A DNA stretch of 59,439 nt, from NCBI GenBank assembly GCA_037968795.1, contig JBBKWE010000220.1:1-59439 (forward strand), given 5' to 3'. The translations under genes were made by a program, and so were the position numbers. This stretch comes from Ferruginibacter sp. (GTDB lineage Bacteria; Bacteroidota; Bacteroidia; Chitinophagales; Chitinophagaceae). Of the stretch, positions 9,949-18,427 are shown in pieces. Position 1 is the first letter of the stretch. The number at the start of each line of letters is the position of its first letter. The notes below the pieces were generated by a model. It worked only from the letters and a program-made list of their open reading frames with translations, did no database searches and had not been told where the DNA came from.

Positions 9949-10725
9949 ATGACCTTAGACTTTCTGAAAGACCGCCCGGCAAAACTCTTCATTGCCATAT
10001 GCGCTTTTTTTGTAGCCAATGCACTTATTGCAGAATGTATAGGCGGAAAAATATTTTCGCTGGAAGGAACCTTTGGTTTTGAGCCACTAAGCTTTTCGCT
10101 ACTCGGAGAGAGTGGCCTTGGCCTGGCTCTTACCTGTGGTGTATTATTGTGGCCGCTAGAATTTGTTATCACGGATATAATAAATGATTATTACGGACCC
10201 AAGGCTGTGAAGCGTATTTCATATATAGCAGTGGCGCTTATAAGCTATGCCTTTGTCATGTTTTACCTCGCCATACATATTCCTGCAGCGGGTTTCTGGC
10301 CGGGTACAGGAGTAGAGAAAGGTGTTCCCGATATGGATAAAGCGTTCGCCGCCGTTTTCGGGCAAGGTATGTGGATTATCATAGGCAGCCTGGTGGCATT
10401 CCTGGTGAGTCAGGTGGTAGATGTGGCAGTATTTCACCAGATAAAGAAAAAGACGGGCGATAAAAAAATGTGGCTACGAGCTACCGGAAGTACGGTGGTG
10501 TCTCAGTTGGTAGATAGCTTTATTGTATTATTTATTGCATTTTATCTGGGGCAAGGGTGGAGTATGCAAAAGGTATTGGCCATCTGCCTGTTAAATTATA
10601 CTTACAAGTTTATCATGGCAATTGTACTCACGCCTTTGCTATATGTAATTCATGCATTTATACAGCGGTATGTAGGTTTAGAAACGGCAAAGGCTATGCA
10701 GCTGGAGGCAATGGGTAAAAGGTAG
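9949..10725 (+). CDS. yhhQ: Queuosine precursor transporter (YhhQ/Vut_1 family)
   Basis: WPLEFVITDIINDYYG, GSLVAFLVSQ, WLRATGSTVVSQLVDS and YTYK motifs; polytopic membrane protein. Confidence 0.88.
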   Translation: MTLDFLKDRPAKLFIAICAFFVANALIAECIGGKIFSLEGTFGFEPLSFSLLGESGLGLALTCGVLLWPLEFVITDIINDYYGPKAVKRISYIAVALISYAFVMFYLAIHIPAAGFWPGTGVEKGVPDMDKAFAAVFGQGMWIIIGSLVAFLVSQVVDVAVFHQIKKKTGDKKMWLRATGSTVVSQLVDSFIVLFIAFYLGQGWSMQKVLAICLLNYTYKFIMAIVLTPLLYVIHAFIQRYVGLETAKAMQLEAMGKR

Positions 10726-10822
10726 ATGAAGGAAGATGATAAACTGGAAATGGACAAGCGAGGGAAGACAGAGAAGTCCATGAGTTTAGATATCTGTGTA
10801 AGATTTACTCAAGCGAAAGAAG

Positions 10823-10856
10823 AAAAAAAAATGCCCCACACGAAAGCGTAGAGCAT
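10823..10856 (-). terminator. Intrinsic terminator for the minus-strand small gene
   Basis: Minus-strand RNA AUGCUCUACGC-UUUC-GUGUGGGGCAU followed by a U-run; the stem closes only with G-U pairs on the minus strand. Confidence 0.75.
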
Positions 10857-10930
10857 TTGAAAAAAACTTTGCAGCGTTCATGCAGATTTATTAGACCTGC
10901 AATCAAGTGGCTGACTTAGAACGTGAAATC

Positions 10931-11125
10931 CTATAGGAATCTCCTTCTGCTTACAGAGCTTTTGTACTTTTTATGTACGCTCCATAGATCGAGGGAATTA
11001 AAGGGTTTGTACTTGCTGGTAAGCGCCTCCGGTGCCAGTGTTTCGGCAGGAGTCTGCGCCAGTTCTAGTTTTTCCTGTGTGCTTAGAGGGCTCAGGAAGC
11101 CCTGTGATGTTGTTTTCATCGTCAT
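10931..11125 (-). CDS. Small basic hypothetical protein (62-64 aa; second ATG at 11119)
   Basis: AT-rich translation-initiation region, own TAnnTTTG promoter and strand-specific terminator; C-terminal FNSLDLWSVHKK...RRRFL. Confidence 0.7.
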   Translation of the reverse strand: MTMKTTSQGFLSPLSTQEKLELAQTPAETLAPEALTSKYKPFNSLDLWSVHKKYKSSVSRRRFL

Positions 11126-11268
11126 CTGTTTTTATTATAAAAAAGCCCTTACGCAGTACATTATGTATTTTCTGCAGTTGGGAGTGTTAGCTAAGCTTAT
11201 ATAAAGAACTATTTCCGATAAGCCTATGAAAATTAACTAGTTAGTATTTAATTTCTGCTATCGGAGCG

Positions 11269-11276
11269 CAAAGGTA
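11269..11276 (-). promoter_or_regulatory. -7 promoter element for the small gene
   Basis: TACCTTTG(CGC) on the minus strand. Confidence 0.6.
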
Positions 11277-11397
11277 AGACCAATAAAGTTGCCAAAGAAA
11301 TTCTAAAAAGCTATTTATCTGATTTCGAAAGTTTTTAACAAAATATAGGAATATGAAGTAATCTTATATAAATGGCCTATTTGATTATAATTTATCC

Positions 11398-11405
11398 TAC
11401 TTTTG
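11398..11405 (+). promoter_or_regulatory. -7 promoter element for rpmI-rplT
   Basis: TACTTTTG(CAG). Confidence 0.65.
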
Positions 11406-11408
11406 CAG

Positions 11409-11490
11409 CCCCAAATAAATTTTTGGGGATAAACATTACCCACAAGGCTCCATAAGTTTCTCAAGGTTTGAGAACGCCAGCAGGGTGTAA
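11409..11490 (+). promoter_or_regulatory. Candidate structured ribosomal-protein leader RNA
   Basis: Hairpin CCCCAAA/TTTGGGG, then nested TTACCC...GGGTGTAA, GGC/GCC and TTCTCAA/TTGAGAA stems between the promoter and the rpmI start. Confidence 0.5.
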
Positions 11491-11512
11491 CTTTTATAAA
11501 TAGTTATTAATA

Positions 11513-11710
11513 ATGCCAAAGGTAAAAACAAACAGTAGCGCAAAGAAGCGCTTTAAAGTTACCGGTACAGGTAAGATCACTTTCCAAAAACCATTTAAAC
11601 GCCACATTCTTACAAAGAAATCTACCAAGCGTAAGCGTGCTATGCGTATGAAAGGAATCGTTTCAGATCCTAACATGCATTTTGTAAAGCGTCTTCTAGG
11701 ATTGAAGTAA
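11513..11710 (+). CDS. rpmI: 50S ribosomal protein L35
   Basis: [22 protein letters not shown]...[14 protein letters not shown]. Confidence 0.98.
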   Translation: MPKVKTNSSAKKRFKVTGTGKITFQKPFKRHILTKKSTKRKRAMRMKGIVSDPNMHFVKRLLGLK

Positions 11711-11759
11711 TCAGACATCCCCACACCAATTTAAAAACTTTAAGAAAAAATATTAAGAT

Positions 11760-12104
11760 ATGCCACGTTCAAAAAATGCTGTAGCCAGCAGAGCTCGCAG
11801 AAAAAGAATTATAAAAGCTGCTAAAGGATATTATGGCAAGCGTAAAAATGTATATACCGTTGCTAAAAACGTAATGGAGAAAGGTATGACCTACTCTTAC
11901 GTAGGCCGTAAATTGAAGAAAAGAGAATACCGCACTTTGTGGATAGCTCGTATCAATGCGGCAGTACGTGCAGAAGGGATGACCTATAGTCAGTTTATAC
12001 ACAAACTAAGTGAGAAGCAAATAGACCTCAACCGCAAAGTTCTTGCAGATCTTGCAATGAATGAGCCTGAGACTTTTAAAACTCTTGTAGCTTCTGTAAA
12101 GTAA
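11760..12104 (+). CDS. rplT: 50S ribosomal protein L20
   Basis: [17 protein letters not shown] and [10 protein letters not shown]. Confidence 0.98.
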   Translation: MPRSKNAVASRARRKRIIKAAKGYYGKRKNVYTVAKNVMEKGMTYSYVGRKLKKREYRTLWIARINAAVRAEGMTYSQFIHKLSEKQIDLNRKVLADLAMNEPETFKTLVASVK

Positions 12105-12121
12105 TTGCAGCTATAAACTTT

Positions 12122-12166
12122 TATAAAAAAACCGCACTTGAAAATTTCAATTGCGGTTTTTTTATA
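12122..12166 (+). terminator. Intrinsic terminator after rplT
   Basis: TATAAAAAAACCGCA...TGCGGTTTTTTTATA inverted repeat. Confidence 0.85.
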
Positions 12167-12303
12167 GCAATAGTGGAGCAAATATTGAACTAATACAGAC
12201 AGTAAGATGTTTCCTCGCTTTGTTTGCAATTAAATACCTTTGAACAACTTTTTTAAAAAAAAATGCAGAAAGCATTTATTTATAACAAAACCAATTTTTG
12301 TAA

Positions 12304-13731
12304 ATGACCAATACGTATGAGAGTCTTGTGGCACAAACCTTTCATTTCCCTCAAGAAGGGTTCAGCCTCAAGGATGATCACCTTACCTACAATGATGTAG
12401 ATGTAAAAGCGCTGATAGATAAATACGGTACACCACTTAAGTTTTCCTATCTCCCTAAAATAGGAATGCAGATCAATAAGGCAAAAGAGATGTTTGCAAA
12501 TGCTTTTAAGAAGCACAAATACGAAGGCACTTATAATTATTGTTATTGCACAAAAAGTTCCCACTTCAGTTTTGTGGTAGAAGAGGCACTAAAACATGAT
12601 ATTCATTTGGAAACCTCTTATGCTTACGATATTGATATCATCAATAATTTATTTAAGCGAAAAAAAATCTCTAAAGACACCCATATTGTCTGCAACGGCT
12701 TTAAGCAGAAAAATTATACAAGCCGTATTTGTAAACTCATTAATGATGGTTTTACCAACGTAATTCCTGTTCTTGATAATAAGAATGAGCTTGATATGTA
12801 CAAAGGGAAAGTACGTACCGGTAAGCCATTTAAACTAGGAATAAGAATAGCTACCGAAGAAGAGCCATCATTTCCTTTCTATACCAGCAGGCTAGGCATG
12901 AAGGCAAAAGATGTACTTGCTTTTTATGTAGACGAGATTGAAGGGTTCGAAGACAAATTTCACCTGAAAATGTTGCATCTTTTTCTTAATAAAGGAATAA
13001 AAGATGATATTTATTATTGGAGCGAATTGCAAAAAAGTATTGCGCTGTATTGTCAGTTGAAAAAGATTTGCCCTGAGCTGGATAGCATAAATATAGGGGG
13101 AGGATTCCCAATAAAGCATAGCCTTGGTTTTGATTACGATTATCAGTGGATGATCAATGAAATTGTAAGAAATATAAAAACTGCCTGTAAAAAAGCAAAG
13201 GTGCAGATGCCAAACATCTATACAGAATTTGGTAGCTACACTGTGGGCGAGAGCATGGCACACATCTATAGCGTAATAGGCCAGAAAGAACAAAATGACC
13301 GCGAGACCTGGTATATGATTGATTCTTCTTTCATTACCACTTTACCAGATACCTGGGGTATAGGAGAGAAGTTTCTTATGCTACCTATAAATAAGTGGAA
13401 GAACGAATACCAGCGGGTAGTCCTGGGTGGAATAACTTGTGATGGGCATGACTTCTATGACTCAGAGGAGCATATCAATGAAGTTTTCTTGCCTAAAATT
13501 GTAAATCATGATGATGATACTGCAATTAATAAAGCAGAACCTTTATATGTTGGCTTCTTTCACACCGGAGCTTACCAGGACCAGATAAGCGGCTACGGAG
13601 GAATAAAGCATTGCCTTATTCCATCTCCAAAACATATTATCATAAGCAAAGATAAAAATGGCAAACTGGTAGACTGGGTGTATGCTAAAGAGCAATCTGC
13701 TGCAAGTATGCTTAAGATTCTGGGGTATTAA
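12304..13731 (+). CDS. speA: Arginine decarboxylase (fold-type III PLP enzyme, short Bacteroidota form)
   Basis: YCTKSSH (PLP lysine), SRLG, NIGGGFP, TEFGSY, TCDGHD and GAYQD; substrate inferred from family. Confidence 0.8.
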   Translation: MTNTYESLVAQTFHFPQEGFSLKDDHLTYNDVDVKALIDKYGTPLKFSYLPKIGMQINKAKEMFANAFKKHKYEGTYNYCYCTKSSHFSFVVEEALKHDIHLETSYAYDIDIINNLFKRKKISKDTHIVCNGFKQKNYTSRICKLINDGFTNVIPVLDNKNELDMYKGKVRTGKPFKLGIRIATEEEPSFPFYTSRLGMKAKDVLAFYVDEIEGFEDKFHLKMLHLFLNKGIKDDIYYWSELQKSIALYCQLKKICPELDSINIGGGFPIKHSLGFDYDYQWMINEIVRNIKTACKKAKVQMPNIYTEFGSYTVGESMAHIYSVIGQKEQNDRETWYMIDSSFITTLPDTWGIGEKFLMLPINKWKNEYQRVVLGGITCDGHDFYDSEEHINEVFLPKIVNHDDDTAINKAEPLYVGFFHTGAYQDQISGYGGIKHCLIPSPKHIIISKDKNGKLVDWVYAKEQSAASMLKILGY

Positions 13732-13742
13732 AAGTATTCTAT

Positions 13743-14213
13743 ATGAAAAAGATCGTCACTTGCCTGGTTTTGTTTCTTTGTCTGTCTTATGCTGCTTTGG
13801 CACAGCAGGATGAGCAAGAAAAAGTTGAAGCAGGGATAAGGTTGCTTTTTACTGGCATGCTGAAAGCGGATAGTGTTTTACTAAGGTCTGCATTTACATC
13901 TTCTGCCGTGCTGCAAACTGTTTCTGAGAACGTGAGCACAGGCGGAGTAAAAGTACTTGAGGACAATATCAATGATTTTATTACCAATGTGGGCAAAAGA
14001 AAAGCTGGTGAATTGGAAGAAGTTATAGAAATACAAGATCTAAAAATAGATACTGCTTTAGCCAGCGCATGGGTGCCCTATTCATTCTATTATAACAAGA
14101 AATTTGTACACTGCGGAGTAAACTCCATTCAGCTTGTGCGCATAGATGGGGTTTGGAAAATACAACAGATTATAGATACACGGAGAAAAGATAATTGTGT
14201 AAACAAATTATAA
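13743..14213 (+). CDS. Exported NTF2-like / lumazine-binding family protein
   Basis: Signal peptide; LASAWVPYSFY, HCGVNSIQL and WKIQQIIDTRR. Confidence 0.8.
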   Translation: MKKIVTCLVLFLCLSYAALAQQDEQEKVEAGIRLLFTGMLKADSVLLRSAFTSSAVLQTVSENVSTGGVKVLEDNINDFITNVGKRKAGELEEVIEIQDLKIDTALASAWVPYSFYYNKKFVHCGVNSIQLVRIDGVWKIQQIIDTRRKDNCVNKL

Positions 14214-14572
14214 GTTTGAAAAAAGTGCCTTGGTAATCTGGAATTCCCTACTTTATAGGAGCAAGCGAAGCAACATCTTCCAACTATCTATTATTTTACA
14301 TTAACTATCTGGTCCTATAGCATGCACTGCTAATTTGGTTTATTATGACCTAAACATTTTTGAATTTTGCTACTTTAATTTATGCATCGATTAAAAAATG
14401 AGGATTTGAAAAGAGGACGCTTTGAACGATGATAACGGCAATAGACTATAAAACTGTAAATCAATTAATTATAAAATGTCGCGAGTAATTAATTGTTAAG
14501 GAATATCTAAACCTTTTCGGTCTTTTTTTCGTTTATATAGATCAGTTATTATTATAAATAGAAAAACACTAC

Positions 14573-16651
14573 ATGAAAAAATTATTACTCCTTCAAATTT
14601 TGCTATTATCAATTATCGTGAATGCATCTTCGCAAGCACGATATTTCTATGCTAATGTAAATGCGGCACAGGAAGTGCCCACAAATTCATCTACCGCTAC
14701 AGGCGTAGTAGTTATTAAATATGACCCTTCCACTCTTTTACTACAATTGTGGGGCGATTATCAGAATCTCTCAGGCACCATATCGGCTTCCCATATACAT
14801 AGCCCCGCAGCTCCTGGCAGTAATGCCGGAGTTATTTTTGGACTTACAAATAGCGGAGGCACGTCAGGTACTTTATTTCTGTCTGCAACTTTAAGTACTA
14901 CGCAGCAGGCAGACCTTTATAATGGTTTATTTTATGTAAATGTGCATAGTAGTAGCTTTCCAGGGGGTGAAATTCGCGGACAAGTCTTAGCAAGTTCTAC
15001 TACACAATCCCGCTTTTTTACCGGCAGGTTACAAGGAGCTCAAGAAACGCCGGTGAATAACTCAGCTGGGAAAGGTCAAGTACATGCAATTCTAGATGAA
15101 AGCAATACTATGATATATCTTACCGGAGATTATAATAATCTTAGTGGAGCAATGACAGCAGGGCATATACACAACGGTGCTCCTACAGTGGCCGGGGGTG
15201 TAATTGTGGGATTGTCATTTACTCCTGCAACCACAGGAGTTTTGCACCTCTCAACAGATTTAATGACAAATAGTACTGTTATTACCACCGGTAACGGTTA
15301 CGTAAATATTCATACGTCTGCTTTTGGTGGAGGGGAGATAAGAGCTCAGCTTATAGAAGAAGACGCTTTCAGGTATGCGGCTGCAAATATAAATGCAGCA
15401 CAGGAAGTTCCAACAAATGGTTCTACTGCTACGGGAATTGCAATTGTATCTTTTAATGCAGTTACTAAAGAGTTGAAACTACAAGGAACTTACACAAATC
15501 TTTCAGGAACTATTTCTGCTTCTCATATACACGGCCCTGCTGGGCCTGGTGTAAATGCAGGTGTAATTTTTGGCTTAACAAATACTGGGGGAACAAGCGG
15601 TACACTTACTTTAACCACTACAATATCCGATCCTCAAGCAGCCGATTTTCTTGCAGGACTTTGGTACGTTAATGTACATTCTTCAAGTTTTCCAGGGGGG
15701 GAAGTAAGAGGCCAACTTATCCCTACAGCAAGCGGCAGAACTTCTTTTTTCAAAGCAAGTCCATCTGCCAGCCAGGAAGTACCGGCAAATGCTAGTATGG
15801 GTTCCGGAGAAGCAACAATGTTATTAGAGCAGACCAGTGATAAAATCTGGATTGCCGGAAGTTATTCATCATTAACCAGTAATGTAGCTGCAGCACATAT
15901 CCACCAGGGAGCTGTTGGAGTAAATGGTGGAGTTTTATTTGGACTTAATTTTACAACATCTGCTGCTGCAGGTACAGTAAATGGCACTGGAACTGTTACA
16001 CCGGCGCAAACTTTGGACCTTATCAACGGTAATAGTTACCTTAATGTTCACACCGCTAATAATGGTGGCGGCGAAATTCGTGGACAATTTGGAAATCTTG
16101 TTTTGCCTGTTACCCTTACAAATTTTACCGGGGTGAAAAACAATGGTAATGTAGAATTAAACTGGACTGCAGAAAATGAAAATAGTATTTTGAATTATGA
16201 AATTCAAAAGCAGGATGTGAATGGTAATTGGTCTACTATTGGTAAAGTTGTGGCTATAAATACTGCAACTACTACTTCCTATAATTTTATAGATGTGAAT
16301 GCTAGTACGTCAAAAACAAATATACTTTACAGGTTAAAAATAAACAGTGCTTCAGCATCAGAGAAGTACAGTAATGTTGTAATAATAAAGAATTCACCAA
16401 TCTCTGCATCAATAACCATAATGGGAAATCCCGTAGCTGGAGGGGTATTGAAATATCAGCTAAGCGGCGGTTCTCTTTCCGAAAAGTCCTCTGCAATGGT
16501 TGTAGATACGGAAGGAAGAATTCTTGTAAAGTATTTAATCAAAGGGTCAGGTACGCAGCAAATTCCATTGACAAACATAGCAGCGGGAAATTATTATCTC
16601 ATAATTAGTGACGGAGAACAAAATTCATCTATACCTTTTATAAAATTATAG
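14573..16651 (+). CDS. Secreted protein with four CHRD domains and a T9SS C-terminal sorting domain
   Basis: Signal peptide ending SS-Q; four units of QE(V/T)P...HIH...Y(V/L)N(V/I)H...GE(I/V)R(G/A)Q; LPVTLTNF linker domain; CTD with NPV...GNYYLII...FIKL. Confidence 0.88.
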   Translation: MKKLLLLQILLLSIIVNASSQARYFYANVNAAQEVPTNSSTATGVVVIKYDPSTLLLQLWGDYQNLSGTISASHIHSPAAPGSNAGVIFGLTNSGGTSGTLFLSATLSTTQQADLYNGLFYVNVHSSSFPGGEIRGQVLASSTTQSRFFTGRLQGAQETPVNNSAGKGQVHAILDESNTMIYLTGDYNNLSGAMTAGHIHNGAPTVAGGVIVGLSFTPATTGVLHLSTDLMTNSTVITTGNGYVNIHTSAFGGGEIRAQLIEEDAFRYAAANINAAQEVPTNGSTATGIAIVSFNAVTKELKLQGTYTNLSGTISASHIHGPAGPGVNAGVIFGLTNTGGTSGTLTLTTTISDPQAADFLAGLWYVNVHSSSFPGGEVRGQLIPTASGRTSFFKASPSASQEVPANASMGSGEATMLLEQTSDKIWIAGSYSSLTSNVAAAHIHQGAVGVNGGVLFGLNFTTSAAAGTVNGTGTVTPAQTLDLINGNSYLNVHTANNGGGEIRGQFGNLVLPVTLTNFTGVKNNGNVELNWTAENENSILNYEIQKQDVNGNWSTIGKVVAINTATTTSYNFIDVNASTSKTNILYRLKINSASASEKYSNVVIIKNSPISASITIMGNPVAGGVLKYQLSGGSLSEKSSAMVVDTEGRILVKYLIKGSGTQQIPLTNIAAGNYYLIISDGEQNSSIPFIKL

Positions 16652-16660
16652 ATTTTTTGT

Positions 16661-16691
16661 AAAGAGCTGCAGTATAGTCTGCAGCTCTTTT
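16661..16691 (+). terminator. Intrinsic terminator after the CHRD gene
   Basis: AAAGAGCTGCAG/CTGCAGCTCTTT 12-bp stem. Confidence 0.8.
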
Positions 16692-16986
16692 ATTATTAAC
16701 TTTTACCCACCTGTAATTATTTGTGTAGAAGAACCTGATTTCAGTTTTTAAATATCATGTTAGTTATGTATTCCTCAACAGTAAAGGAGATTCTAATTTA
16801 TTTTAAAATTTTCATTTGAATTTATGGTATTTATACTGACAAATTTTTAAGGGGGAATAATGAAACCTTAATTTGCAGAAGTAATATTCGAAAGCTGAAC
16901 TACGAAATATTTAAAAGATTTTTACTGCTTACCCTTAAACTACTTTCCTACTTTTGCTGGCATAATTTTTTCAACAAGAAAATCCT

Positions 16987-17553
16987 ATGCAGGATATAGA
17001 ACCATTTTACAACTGGCGGCACCTCTACTGTGCAGAAGATGATGATGAGTCCCCTTTCTTTGAGCGGGAGTATAGTGAGTTTGAGTATAATCAAACCTTG
17101 TACAATTACTACATTCATCCGCAATGGGACGATTTTGGAAGCCGCACCTTGTACATGAAAATCCTTTTCGTAGAATATGAGCAAGGGTTTGCCATTATAG
17201 AATTATTTGGGGAATGGAATGATGCCGTAGAAAATGATGTAATGAGCTTGCGCCGGGAAATTACTGATATATTATTCAAGCAGGGAATCACAAAATATAT
17301 ATTTATAGGAGAAAATGTTTTCAATTTTCATAGTAGCGATGACCTTTATTATGAAGAATGGGCAGAGCAGCTTGAAGATGATAATGGTTGGGTGGTTATA
17401 CTCAATCTGCCAGAGCAGAGTAAATACGATTTTCTGGCGGCAAGATTACAAAATTATGTAAGTCTTCAAGAGGTATATCATTGGAGAACTTTTATGCCTG
17501 AGAATTTGTATACTCTTGTGGAAGACAACATTCAAAAGCGATTGGGGGGCTAG
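16987..17553 (+). CDS. Acidic hypothetical protein, possible divergent STAS-like C-terminal domain
   Basis: 188 aa ORF with TACTTTTG at 16949-16956 upstream; the fold suggestion is from motif spacing only. Confidence 0.8.
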   Translation: MQDIEPFYNWRHLYCAEDDDESPFFEREYSEFEYNQTLYNYYIHPQWDDFGSRTLYMKILFVEYEQGFAIIELFGEWNDAVENDVMSLRREITDILFKQGITKYIFIGENVFNFHSSDDLYYEEWAEQLEDDNGWVVILNLPEQSKYDFLAARLQNYVSLQEVYHWRTFMPENLYTLVEDNIQKRLGG

Positions 17554-17610
17554 ACTTTTACAGTGAAAATATAATTTATAAGTTTATAAGGTATTTGCTT
17601 CTTACTCACT

Positions 17611-17618
17611 TATTTTTG
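17611..17618 (+). promoter_or_regulatory. -7 promoter element for sdhCAB
   Basis: TATTTTTG(CAG). Confidence 0.55.
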
Positions 17619-17655
17619 CAGCATTCCATTCGTTGTTCATCATCTAACAGTTTGT

Positions 17656-18366
17656 ATGACTTTCAAGACTTTTTTTACTTCTTCTATAGGGAAGAAATTT
17701 ACCATGGGGCTTACGGGATTTTTTCTCATCTCCTTTCTCATAGTCCATTGCCTGGTTAATGCCATGATTTTTTATAATGATGGTGGTCAGAGTTTTAACC
17801 ATTGGGCCATGTTCATGGGTAGTAACCTCTTCATTAGAATAGCAGAACTTGGGCTATTCGCATTTTTACTCTTGCACATTATTCAGGGACTTATGCTCTG
17901 GTATCAAAATTATAAAGCTCGGCCAGTTGGTTATGCTGTAAACAAAAATCAGCGTAACAGCAAGTGGTATAGCCGTAGCATGGGTTTGTTGGGAACTCTT
18001 ATTCTCATGTTTCTCATTCTACATTTGTATCACTTTTGGCTTCCGTCCCGTTTTGGGGGCATGGCAGGTGTGCAGGTATTAGAGCAAACTACGCTTGGCG
18101 ACTATGCAGAGCAGGAAGCGCACAATTTGTTTATGCAGATGCAGGTTATCTTCGAAAATCCTCTTATAGTGATCATTTATGTTCTTGGCGTTTTCTCACT
18201 TTTCTGGCATTTGCTGCATGGTTTCCAAAGTGCATTTCAAACCTTTGGGCTCAACAATAAGAAATATACACCTATAATAAAAGGAATAGGCGTAGCATAT
18301 AGTGTTATTATCTGTCTTCTTTTTGCGCTAATGCCTATCTCCATTTATATGGGCTGGGTAAATTAA
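17656..18366 (+). CDS. sdhC: Succinate dehydrogenase/fumarate reductase cytochrome b subunit
   Basis: SSIGKKFTMGLTG, five TM segments with heme histidines (IVH, LLH, LHLYHF, WHLLHG); precedes sdhA. Confidence 0.93.
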   Translation: MTFKTFFTSSIGKKFTMGLTGFFLISFLIVHCLVNAMIFYNDGGQSFNHWAMFMGSNLFIRIAELGLFAFLLLHIIQGLMLWYQNYKARPVGYAVNKNQRNSKWYSRSMGLLGTLILMFLILHLYHFWLPSRFGGMAGVQVLEQTTLGDYAEQEAHNLFMQMQVIFENPLIVIIYVLGVFSLFWHLLHGFQSAFQTFGLNNKKYTPIIKGIGVAYSVIICLLFALMPISIYMGWVN

Positions 18367-18427
18367 GAAAGCAGAATGTAAGCGATAGTAAATAAAATAT
18401 TCAGATCATTTTAATTTTTTCAATATC

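Noticed and set aside
10923-11204. 93-aa plus-strand ORF
   Set aside because: Antisense to the small minus-strand gene, which has the promoter and strand-specific terminator support.
11494-12229. Minus-strand ORFs over rpmI and rplT
   Set aside because: Shadows of highly conserved ribosomal protein genes.
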